From Harriotta raleighana (lineage: Eukaryota), in NCBI GenBank assembly GCA_050575255.1, contig JBNZDD010013732.1, positions 22,066,564 to 22,130,563 on the forward strand: a DNA stretch of 64,000 nt, read 5' to 3'. The notes beneath the pieces were generated by a model. The model was given only the letters and a program-made list of their open reading frames with translations. It was not told the DNA's origin and did not search any database. Within the stretch, counting starts at the first letter, position 1; every line of letters begins with the position of its first letter. Positions 26,481-38,103 of this stretch are shown piece by piece. The position numbers and the translations under genes are program-made.

Positions 26481-28459
26481 AATTAATAATAAATAATTTA
26501 GTTAGAACACCAATAGCAGTGAAGGCCTTTTCACAGCAATTCTATAGCACTTATTACAAAAAAAAAATCACAAAAAACAAAATTTATCAAAACTGTTCTT
26601 CGTGATTTCAAAAAAAGTTTACACTTTTGACTAGTTTATTTCACTTCATACATTCTACTGGAAAACTTTGACAAAATAATTGTTCATTGCTGAAACAGCA
26701 GGACATAACAAAATGTTCATACAGTGGCGGTATGGAACTATCATCCCAGTCTGTCTCAGGAGCAATTTCCACCTTTTCATGCCACATCAAGAGATGTTTT
26801 GAGGAAATGTTGAAATTTGTTCAAAAATTTAAATGGTGTGTATGGAAGATCTGATGTGATATAATTCAAATTTAATGCAACTTGTATTCTTTGTACTGCA
26901 TATAAAAAACTTCACCAAACAAGCTCATTTTCAGGATCGATATACTCCAAGCTGATTAATTATTTTTCTGTTTAGTTTGTTGGTTCCAAATCATTTGATG
27001 TTTCCTGATGTATAGAAAATTTATTTTCTGTGGAAAGTCTAACTTTAAAGATTTTTGTTACAATATGAATGTTAAATGTTTCTGTGTATCTTGCTAATAA
27101 GAAGCACGGGCAGCTTAAGCGCTGTAACTCATTAGGGCTTTGGCTTGAGGACACATCCATCACTGACTAGGTGATCAACTGTCAACAATAACTGGATTAC
27201 TATAGACCTACCTGTCTTTCCCAGATCTCTCCTCAGAACCAGTTTAAACATTCTTACCTCCATTACCCTTCCACTCGGCATGTGTTCTTCATCAACTTCA
27301 ATGGGTGAGTGGATCCACTGTAAATTTTAATCAAAAACCTTCACCAATTAAAGCGAAACGTTACAAATCCTGTTGTAAAGAAAAATCCTATCAAGTTCAC
27401 ATACTGTTTTAATACTGTAGCAGGTGAGGATTTACCATTTGTTTCATAAATTCTTTATTAACTGCGGTACTAATAAGTATAATTTGGAGCAAATTGTGGA
27501 TAGTTCATATTTTATTTCTCCCATGTGTATAGAGTTCAATATACCCCACAAATGTGAAACACCAGTTTCTTTTACAGTCAGCTTCAAATTTGGAGAAACT
27601 GAGGGTACCATATGATGTGACTGAGCTACTAAATACATTGAGTTAATTTCATCAATTGTAAGGTATTTTGATGGTTAAGACCCCGTGGATCTGTTTGATT
27701 CTGATACATCAAAAAACGCTGCTCACACTTGACAAAAGGCATGTCATATTTTCCTGTGATTTCAATTATCAGCTGCAAATTTGGCATGGAACCAAAAATG
27801 CATTTTTTTAACTTGGGGGGGGGGAGGCGGGGGGAAGAACTATCACTATCCAAATGTTCTTCTGCGGCAGCTGAATGACTTGGATCATGCAGTTACTCAA
27901 ACATGGTCTCAATTCAATCTCTATGTGAACTGTGCTGAACTCTCATTGGTCAAAATAGATCTGTGTTCAGATATACCATTAAGCATTTGTGGGCCATTGA
28001 CCATAATACCCATTTGGTTAGGACACCCATGGCAGTGATGGCATTTTCACAGCGGTTTGATGATACTCAGGGAAAAACATCCCTGGAACACAGTAATATA
28101 TCAAACCTAGCCCTGTCACTGACAATAATAAAATGTTTTTGCAGTTTTTAACACTTTCTAATATTTTTCATGCAAATTGCAGTCATAAATAAAGGGTGCA
28201 GTTGCAAAATGTTGTATTGCTACATAATAGCACCTTCCCTATACTGGAAATGGAACACTCTTCATATCTTGATTTGAATTGCAAACTACTTCACTACATA
28301 GGAAGGGATTCATAATGCACAATATGGAAACTTTGTAGATGGTAACTTTTGAAATAATAATTTTACTATAATAATGCAGCAGATTCATGCTTTTTTTGAA
28401 CAGAGTAATTGAGTGGTTTAAACGTATGGTTCGCAGAGATTGCATGTTTCTAAAACAAT

Positions 28460-28595
28460 AATAATCATCCTTGCTTTTGACACATCGCTTTTCATATCTT
28501 CTATACGTCTCAGAGCACGTCACAGAATATACTGTAAAGTGAATCGACTGTATATTTCTGGACGAAATGCAGCAGCCGATTGCGCACGGCAGTAT
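28460..28595 (-). mobile_element. SINE 3' fragment
   Basis: cacagaatatactgtaaagtgaatcgactgtatatt...gcagccgattgcgcacggcag. Confidence 0.75.
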
Positions 28596-30599
28596 TCTCG
28601 GTAGATGTGTATATCCGCGTTCTGCATCTGTACGCAAAAGAATAACATCTGCAATAGAGCAAGACAGAAAGGTTTGAGGAAATCGCCTCAGAGTTAATGA
28701 CAGGCTACTTCTTCTAAACACCCGTGCTACCTCGTTCGTATGTTGTGTACCATCTGTTACCCTGCATAAGAAATGAAGACAGCTGGCACATAGAATGAGA
28801 TCCGAGCCAATCACCCATTGGATCTCAAGCTGCCCCCCTCCAAGGTTGCTGTGTGTTGTCGTGTGAGTTTCATCAAAATATTGAAAGCGGGAGGAACGCA
28901 CAGCAAGCAGCACAAAGATCATATATATTTCAAGAACCACCATGGAGGGATGTGCATGTTTCAATAAAATGTTTTCAGAAAAACTGGGGGTGTGGGGGTG
29001 CGTGTGTGTGTGCAATGCCACAGCATGGCAGAATTGACAGCACAGAATAAAGCCGTTTGAACCCATCGTGTCTGAAAGAACTATTCATTCAGTCCCCAGA
29101 CACAGTGGAGAGGCGGTGGGGTGGGGAAAAGGCAATCCATTGGAAAGGGGGAGGGTTTTGGTGCCCAACACAGTGGGTGCTGCTTTCTGTGTGGGGAAGG
29201 TGGTGATGGACACAGGCAGAGAGTGTGGGTGGGGGGGGGAGCTATTTTGCAGGAGCGCGCACGCCGATACTCTTTGGATGCTGCCAGTGCTCAGGCGGCG
29301 GCTGGAGCCGGTGGGTGTGGAGGGCGGTGCTCGGGTCCCAGCGGCGTTGTTGTTGTTGTGGGAGTTGGAGGAGGGAGAGGGCGTGTGTGTAGCTGCCATC
29401 CATCACCCATCAAACCACACACACTCACACATCAAAACAGCGAAGCCTTCGATGGCTGTGAACGTGTGTATTCACCTATAAATATGTATTACTGTGTGTG
29501 TATATATATATATAATAAGCCAATAACTGACTTTACACCGCACCGCCTGACTGTCACCTTCCAGAAGATTCCACTGACACCTTTAGGGAGGATTTTGGGG
29601 GGAATTCATTTTTTTTTACAAACATCATCCAAAATATTTCATAATTTTAAAAAAATTAATTAACTTAAAAGAAAAATAGATGAATAACAACCTGTGTGGT
29701 GACGGTGTTTGTTTACAACTAGATAAACTGGTATCGATTGTGTTTTTTTATTTTGTTATTGGCGGCAGCTTCGTTTACAAACAAGCCTTCAGCAATTGAC
29801 ATGTTTCCTCTCTCCACAAACACCTCATCATCTCCACTCTCTCCTCTCCCCTCCTCCGAAGGTGGGTGGGTGGGTGGGTGTGGAATAGCCAAACAAGGAG
29901 AGAAGCTGATAAAGTCTTGCCACAGTTGTGTTTTTTTATCGCACGCCCCCCTCCATGAATAATTATTACGGTTAATTTGTAAAAGAGGTGAGGGTGGGAG
30001 AGAGATGCTGGTGTAAAACGGCTGGGGGTGGGGGGGCGGTGTTGGTGTAACAGTAAAGAGTAAACAGCATTAGATACCGATACAAATGTAAACCTGGTCC
30101 ATTTCACTGACAATCTACAGTTTCTCAGATTTCTCATGTGTGTTCAGAACCACGTTAGGGAGGGCAAATTTTACCAAATCAAACCCTGGCATAACTGTAT
30201 GGATCACAGATACCAAAGGTGTCAAAAGGAGATTTAATTTCCTTGTTTTCAAAGTGGATGTGTGTGTGTATGAGTAGGAGGTTGGGGAGGGAAGGGGGTG
30301 GGGGGAGAGAGGGAGAGATTGAAGCATTAGGGAGGGAGAGGGAATATAACATGGGCTTGTACAGTGGAAAAAGCTAACAAGCTATTCATTTTGAGTATCA
30401 TTCCGGCAATTGACATTTTATTTAGTTAGTATTTTTTAATGTTTTTTTTCATGTGCGATGATGAGAAGAGAACTGTGTGTATACAAAAAAAAATTCTGGA
30501 CTGATTTGGTTTCTAGATTGCGTGTTTTTTAAATATATATTTATATGCCTGGGTGAGAAGAGGCAGGAGGCAGCAGGTTAAACATGAAATCGAGTCCTA

Positions 30600-31130
30600 C
30601 TTGGCATTGCCTAGTGCGCAAATGACATAAACGCTGTCACTCAGCCTAATCTAGGGGTGGGGGCACGCCAAATCCAGGGTGATTGACGTGACGTTAAACC
30701 AATGTTGAGCCACAGCAGCCGAAGGGTGTGGATGAGTGACGTGGCAACGGGCCAATGAGCGTGCCGCAGGCGGGGGAGGGTGTGTGGATGGGATCTCGGC
30801 CAGGTTTGGGAGACTGACATGGCGGTGGGCCAATCAGAGAGCTCTACTGGCATGGGAGAGGGCCGATCTGCTTAACTGACGTAGCAAGTGGCCATTGGGA
30901 GACCGCCGTGAGCTGGAGCTGCGGTTAATTGACAAGCGGACAGCGAGACCGGGACCAATAGGACCGGGACAGGGCGGGAAGGCGTAACTTCCCGGAGGGC
31001 GGGAGCCTGGGCGGGCTGAGCAGCGAGTGAGGTGGAAATGGGACTCCATTCGGCTGTAATCAGTGTCATGTCGGTTTCATGTAAACTCCGGTGTTCAGAC
31101 ATCGGAACAAAATGGCGTCTGCTAGGTAAC
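30600..31130 (+). promoter_or_regulatory. KAT6B: KAT6B CpG-rich promoter
   Basis: Local CpG/GC enrichment; CCAAT at 30699, 30752, 30830, 30955; TGACGT at 30684, 30737, 30877; GGGCGG at about 30972, 30997, 31009; YY1-type CAAAATGGCG at 31108-31117; lies about 1.2 kb upstream of the start codon. Confidence 0.8.
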
Positions 31131-31211
31131 AGCGGGCTCTCCATCCAAGTGTGAATGAGCGAGGGCTGGCTGGTCATCTCCTCCCAAGGCGTCAGCGGAC
31201 TTCGCGCTGAA
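31050..31211 (+). other. KAT6B: Probable non-coding first exon of KAT6B (start approximate)
   Basis: Directly follows the CCAAT/GC-box cluster, contains the YY1 motif typical of the region just after a TSS, and ends at donor GAA|gtaaga (31212). Confidence 0.5.
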
Positions 31212-32025
31212 GTAAGAAGCTGTGGGAAGCGATCCTATCGATTGCGGTGATTATAGTTAATGATTAGATGTCTGTGCCTGCCTTGCGTGCGTGCCGTGCG
31301 TGTGTGTGTGTCTGTTTGTTTTAAAGGACTCGTTAATGCAATCGTTCTTGGGAGCCATCCTGGCGTGTGACCCAAATGCTACTGATGCGGTATTCAAACA
31401 GAAATCAGACTGACAGGAATGAGATCGCGCGTCTTTTTTCGCAGATTGAGGGCCTTAAGTGATTGCACTGTTGTGGTCACCAGGTGTGATTGTGTGTGTT
31501 CGTCTCTGCACATCCCCTTCCACTGGACCCCGATTATTTTGATAGAGAGTAAAAGGCAACAATATTTGATGTTTTGCTCCATTGAGGAAGGAGGGACTCG
31601 CAAAAAGCGATGCTCTCTGGTCAGTTGGTTTGCGAATTCGTGAATGTGGGAAGGGAACGTGTGAAAGTTTCCCATCTGTAAATATTTAGTTAAGAGGAAG
31701 GTGATACAATGTTCCTTTCGAGAGATGCTGAGTTATAATTGCTCCGTATGTTAACAACATGGAATTGAGCGAGATTGAGTGAACCTGCTGCAGTGTACGT
31801 GCACGTGTGTTTACATTCTGTAGTGACATTCCGATGTAAACATGGGAGGTTTGAAATTGACAAACTTACTGACTTGACTGGTTGATCATATTGCGAATAG
31901 CTGCACAATTTATAAGAGCCAAGTTATTACATTTTTGCGATTTTAACCCAATCTCGTTTCCACCTGCACCAATTCAGTGAGTTTTATTTTAAGTCACATT
32001 AATGTTGTTTATCTTTTCCTTTCAG

Positions 32026-32317
32026 TATTTCACCTACTGTGTTTATTGCCAGTCTTGGAAAAGTGTGTGGTTGGATCTGCACAAGATTACCTCTTTACCT
32101 GTGATCAGAAGATTAAGTGAACATATCCTTGGTTCAATGGATGTTTTTGACATGTTACAGGTGCTGCAATTGAGACCTGTTATGTTTCATGTTTCAATTC
32201 ATTATTTCATTTCTCAGGAATACTTTTCAGTGAATGGCATGGCATTGATCCACCACAAGGAGAAAGAATAATTTCTATGGCTGACATTCTGTTTGAACAA
32301 CATATTAATGGTCAACC
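32026..32317 (+). other. KAT6B: KAT6B 5' UTR part of the start-codon exon
   Basis: Strong acceptor tttatcttttcctttcag ending at 32025; leads to caaccATGG with good Kozak context. Confidence 0.65.
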
Positions 32318-32935
32318 ATGGTAAAGCTTGCAAACCCACTTTATACTGAGTGGATTCTTGAAGCCATTCAGAAGGTCAAAAAGCAAAAACAAAGACCATC
32401 AGAAGAAAGACTTTGCCATGCAGTGTTGTCTTTGCATGGATTAGACAGAAAGACTGTTCTAGAACAATTGGAACTTAGTGTGAAAGATGGCACTATACTT
32501 AAAGTTACAAACAAAGGACTTTCGTCCTACAAAGATCCTGAGAAACCTGGACGCTTTACACCCGTTAAGCCATGCAATCTTTCGAAATCTACACAAGGAT
32601 GTATGGCGAAAAACTCCAGTGATATCTATAATGTGGACTGGAATAAGCTCCTCAAAAGAGCAATTGAAGGATTGGGGGAACCAAATGGTTCTTCACTAAA
32701 AAACATAGAGAAATACTTGAGAAGCCAAATTGATTTGGCCAGTATTACCTGCAGTTCATCATTTCAACAGAGGATGAGACTAGCTGCCAAGCGTGCTGTA
32801 AATAATGGGAGATTATTGAAGGATGGACCACTTTATACAGTGAATTATGGGAGTGCAGGAGGCAAAGGAACAGCAAAATATAACACCCCTTCACCTCTCC
32901 CACCAGTCAACCTTCTTCCTTATGAAAAACAACGG
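32318..32935 (+). CDS. KAT6B: Histone acetyltransferase KAT6B (MORF/MYST4), first coding exon (N-terminal winged-helix and H15 domains)
   Basis: [31 protein letters not shown]...[30 protein letters not shown]...LLPYEKQR, then donor CGG|gtaagt at 32936. KAT6B-type residues plus adjacency to ADK favour KAT6B over KAT6A. Confidence 0.97.
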
Positions 32936-34734
32936 GTAAGTTTGCTTGTAATTTGGGAAAGGGGAAGAGTTAACTGATCTGCAGTTGTCATCTGTTCACA
33001 CAGAAGATAATGTATGTTTTACATTGATTTTCAGATAAAAAGACTTTGGGGAAAATGTCAACAATAAATTCATGATCAAAACTAGTGAGTCAGATTCAAA
33101 CCCATTGAATTGTATGGAGCTGTATTTTTCAGAGTGAGATATTTTAGCTGCCATATTAGAATAAAGTGAGTGATACTTCACAGATTTGATACAGGTATAT
33201 TCCTGGATTATCTGATTTTCTGTGCCAGTTGTTCATTGTAAAACTGAGTGGGTATTTGAAAGCCCAAACCTTTGATGGTGTACCACTGATGTTAATGACA
33301 CACAAAGAGGCATTTAGTAAATGGATTATTTAAATTAAATGATCTGATTACACGCTGAGCAGGAGTTAATCCCTATCAAGCTCCACTTTCTGAGAGTGTT
33401 TAAATGTCAGAAGTAGATTTGTGTGGGTTCTTAAGAGGACTATCTCTAATTACAAATGGTTATTTACTGTGTTCGTTACATTATGAAAGGAAGTTTGGCC
33501 TCTAGAGGGTCAAAGGTAAAATAGCATTAAGTGTACACTTTTATTCATCCCTGACACATTTCAGGGGACCTCTTAAGGCTGTTCTAGTTTTCTGTTGCTG
33601 TACAGTATTAATGTAAATGGAGTACTTAAACTTGTTTACTATAGATTTTTATTGTAGATTTTTACAGTGCTCTTATGGAGAATGTGCCAACTGAACATTA
33701 TTCTGAATATGTTTTCAGGCTGATGTTTTCTAGAATTAACTATCCTGCAGATCCGCATCTTGTTAATGTAATTGGAGACACAGCTGTAGCACTTTTATAA
33801 TCCCCAAGTTACATACTGTACTTGTTAAATTGTCCATGTTTTGCATCAGCTGGCTTCAGAGTTGTCTTTACAATCTGATTGGTGGAAGATGTGTCATAGG
33901 GTAGATTGGTTGTGGAATTTGCAGCAAAATTCCGGACACCCCTTCTGACGAGTTATAAGCTTGAAGTGAAGACTCCATTGGCACATCTGTAACTGGTCAG
34001 CTGAGTTGATCACTATTTAGAAGTCTAGCTTGAGTCACTTGGTTAATAAACTTCTACAGAAGATTAATAACAGTGGACAATATCTGCTAACTGTGAATGA
34101 TTCCAGCATACCAAATCTCCCAAAAAGTATCAGTCCAATAACATTTTTCCAGGTACACAGTTGAAATCTGCATTGGTTCACGTCAGCTGTAATACCATTC
34201 CCAGCCACTTATGGTGTGTGTCATTTACCTCTGCTCCAGAAGAAAAATTGGGTCCCGAAACACATTTTCTATTGAAATTAAACATCCCTCTAATTGAATT
34301 TAATTAAGAAAAAAAAAGTTATGTTCTCGGAAGGTTTTTTAAAAATTGGTTTTATTTCTGTGATACTTAATGCAAGATGATAGACTGCTTTATGCAAGGT
34401 GAAAGACTGGTTATCAACTGGCTCCAAGGTGATTTGCCTGGCACTGGAATGTCGGAATTGAGCCAGCACTCTGTGATGGTCTCTAGTCTGGTTCCTGAGC
34501 CAGGTGGGTCCACAGTATTCTGGGGCACTGCTAATGATAGCCTGGATCACTGATAGGGTCGCAAAGTGGAAAGGAGTCAACCCATTGAGTTCCTGATAAT
34601 CCTGCAAGCCAAAACCCTAATGGTTAGCGTGGTCTGAGCTGGACAAGCAGTGTGATAGATTGGCAGTTAGTGATATCAATGGTAAACTACGCTGTTTTAG
34701 CTGGCTAGACTCCTATCAATACCCCATCGCACAT

Positions 34735-35075
34735 TCAACAACAATAACTTGCACTTATATAACACCCTCTGCACAGTGTGGAGGCCTTAGAGCGCTTAAC
34801 AGTGGCGGATCCTGATTCTGGCCAGGTGAGTTTGGGGGGTAGGTGGCGGTGAACTCTGTCGAAGCGGAAGGTTTTCAGGCAAGCCTTGAAAAAAGGGAGA
34901 GAGGAGACAAGACGGAGAAATTAAGGGAGAGTATTCCAGAGTTTGTGGGACATAGTGTCTGAAAGCACTGAAGGTGTGAGGGACAAGCAGGAGACCAGTG
35001 CCACTTGAACGGTGACTCTGGTGGTTTGGGGAGTGAGGAGATTGGAAAGGTAGGATGGGGTGACAGGGAATGAAA
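34735..35075 (-). mobile_element. L2-type LINE 3' fragment
   Basis: caacaacaataacttgcacttatataacacc tail; ggagagtattccagagttt..gtctgaaagcactg body. Confidence 0.7.
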
Positions 35076-36047
35076 GTAGGGAGGTGCCACATTTTGGCGT
35101 CCCCAAGCTTTGGCTCTCGCCAACCTGCGCCTCAAACTTTCCGGAATTAGTTAAACTGGATGTGAGGGAGTGAGTGCACATCCCACTCCAATAATCTATC
35201 TCTGAGATTTCCATGTAGAGGTGGGATGCATGGAAATCTCAGTTTAGTATGGATACTCTTCAAGCACGGTAATGGATTTCCTTTCCACATGCGTCAGACA
35301 CCCACCTGACCCACCCAAAAAATAGAATAATGGTGGGAGATGTTTAAGGTTTTTATCACAGTAGTTATGTAAGAAAGTTATTGTTTTCATTCTTATAGAT
35401 GGTGTGATCTATAGAAATTTGTAAGTGCAATTGTGCTTTTTAACAGATAATAATTCCCACCTTCTTCCTCCACAGATTTTACTGTTTTGAGTATTTCAAG
35501 AGAAATATAAACAACAGCACTTCTCATTATTTGTTCTTTATATGAATAATCTTTTTACAGGCCTCAATTGAACAGCAGCTATTCTGTAGTTACTGCAAAG
35601 GTTATCTTTTATGATATGCATTTAAAGAAGGAATCTTAAGTTATTAAGGCTTTTAAAATGGTGGAGGAGCGGTTTTCAAAGTTGACTCCGTTGATCATTT
35701 TTGGAACTGGAGTGTAGCAGGGAGGGTGATACCGTTTGATACCACTGCATTTTTTTTGCAGTTCCAATTATGCTTTTTTGGCATGAGCACTGTTGGGCAT
35801 TCTGAATAGTGTTGCACTTTGAGTTGGTTTTGAACTCTTCAGGTGCAGCATGTGAAGTGAAAGTAAGGTGATGAGGTAGATACAAAACCTCATTATGATG
35901 GACTACTTCCGGAGGGTGGCTTTCGGAAAACACCAGCACATAACAAAAGATGCAATGTAACAAAATAGATGAGAAAAACACGTGAGAACGCCTCTTTGCG
36001 GATATGCTTGGGAGCTGATGCGAAGTTCATAGTGTAGTCTGAAACAT

Positions 36048-36230
36048 AATAATAATCTTTGCATTTGATATAGCGCTTTATCACATCTTTGAGATGTCTC
36101 AAAGTGCTTCACAGAATATACTGTAAGGAGAATTGATTGTATATTTTGTGGGCGAAACCGTGTAGTCAATTGTGCATAACAGTGTCCCACAAACAGTTGT
36201 GGATTAAGTGACCAATTTATTTTTTGAAAG
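36048..36230 (-). mobile_element. Deu-domain SINE 3' half
   Basis: aataataatctttgcatttgatatagcgc...cacagaatatactgt...gtcccacaaacagttg. Confidence 0.85.
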
Positions 36231-37821
36231 GTTTATACCATCATGTTCAGGGAAAACAGTATGATGATGGAAGGCTGAGGGCTAAAAATTAAACGTAGCA
36301 TGGAATCCTCATTCATTCAGTTTCTTTCAATTTTGTTTGTATTTATTTCTTAATCAATGTCTGCTCAATAGTAAATTTGCCCAAACACTGGTGCCTTTTG
36401 GGAGTTTCACTGGTTTAAGAAGTTTCAGCACTAATAATTGTACTCACAGATGAAAGAAGGTTATTTCACAATCATTTTCTAAGCTGTCTCCCTGTGTAAA
36501 AGCAAATATTAATATTTATTTTTCTCCCTTTTTTATCAAGTCACTTTTATTAGCTAATGGTCCTGCTGTTTATTGATTTGTAGCATCAGGAGAGAGATGT
36601 GAATTCAGGCTTGTTATTGTACTTCCATGCACTAATTATTTGAGTTGATGCATAGTATCTATTGAAACAATTATGTTGAAAATTATACATTGGCATTCAG
36701 ATCTCTTATCAGAACAGACTACTTACTATAGCAATCTGAGGATGGAAAATGAATGTCTGGTTGTGTATTAGAACTGCTTACTGTTGTACAACAACAAAAT
36801 TACGTTGATAGACTGGTTAATGCCTTTATTTCTACCACCAACATTCCAAAAGCTGTATTTTGGGGAACCTAGTAATTAATTTTGAGTACTGGGGTATATA
36901 TTTTCACCTGTCGATAGCCTAAGCCTTTTTGTCAACTGATGGCTGGAATAGTGACAGATGTTGTTAGGCTCACTATGACATCTGTCACTCAAGCTGACCC
37001 CAAAACACATTAGAGAGAAATGAATCCACATTCTGATTTCATTTTTTTTAAAATACAAAACTCATTATTAAAAGAAATAGCAGTGCAATGGAATTGCATT
37101 TTAAAAAGCAACTTTATGTAAAATGTTCTTTTATTGTCGGTTCTAAATCAGCACCCTTTTGACACTAACTGCTAAACGTGGGAGTTGTCAATGCTATCAT
37201 TGTTTTTGTAAGGGATTAATATATTTGTAATAATTCTTTGATATAGCGGTTTTTACGTCTTCTTGCAAGACATACATGTCTATCTTTCTTGAGGAGGGAA
37301 GTCAGAGGAAATTAGGTGTCTTTGAGGTGACAAGAGATTGCAGGTGAAGGGGTAGTGCATCTTATTTAACTCTTAGCGGTGAACCTCGTAATGCAATGTG
37401 AGTCAGTTCTGCAGTATGCCAAGCACAGCTATGAATAAATCTGTATTTTTTCAAAGTTCTTCACAGTAATTAATATATTTAATTCCTAATGGGGAACTCT
37501 TAATATTGCTGGAATGTTCATAGATAATCCTAACCTAGAAGATGTCAAATTCTTGTGGTTAATCACAGATTCAATGGCTGCTGTAGAGATTGTGTTGTCT
37601 GATCAAGGATTGCCATTGATGATTGCTGTGGAATACTTGCACTGAAGTTTGATGTCATCATTTGAAAAGTGGTGCGAAGAAAACATAGAAGACTAAATTG
37701 TGTTGATCTATCCAGAAAATAAATAGATGCAGATACATTTTCAGCATGGTCATTGCCTGTTAATTCAGATGTTTTGCTTTACTTTGTTTGACATTCAGTG
37801 GGACTTGTACATTGTGTCAAT

Positions 37822-38103
37822 TAATAATAATAATCCTTGCATTTGATATAGCACTTTTCAAGTCTTCTAGATGTCTCAAAAAGCTTCACAGAATGTACTA
37901 TATGTGGGTGAAACATGGCAACCAATTGCGCACAGCCATGTCCCACAAACAGTCAAGGATTGAAGTGACCATTTTTTTTAAGGGGTTATTATTAGGTGTG
38001 TGGAGTAAGGAAACTTGTCCAAGATTTTACCCTGCTTGGAACTGAACTCGTGTCTCTCCCTTGTAAAGCGAGTGCTCCAACCTCTGAGCTACAGGACTCC
38101 ACT
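37822..38103 (-). mobile_element. Near full-length tRNA-derived Deu-domain SINE (about 280 bp)
   Basis: Contains the (TTA)n tail, Deu body and tRNA head (..gagtgctccaacctctgagctacaggactcc). Confidence 0.9.

Noticed and set aside
28239-29066. 275-aa minus-strand ORF divergent from KAT6B
   Set aside because: It runs through a SINE fragment (28460-28595) and low-complexity TG repeats, with no recognisable domain.
29068-29663. Overlapping 104-180 aa ORFs
   Set aside because: These result from GC-rich, low-complexity sequence depleted in stop codons.
31431-31490. Possible extra non-coding KAT6B exon (acceptor tcttttttcgcag at 31444)
   Set aside because: Only a weak donor follows; it cannot be supported without transcript data.
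32936-32977. ORF-track extension [13 protein letters not shown] of KAT6B
   Set aside because: Read-through into the intron past the canonical gtaagt donor at 32936.
34225-34270. CAGAAGA...CCGAAAC hammerhead-like string
   Set aside because: The core is mutated and no stem I or stem II pairing is evident.
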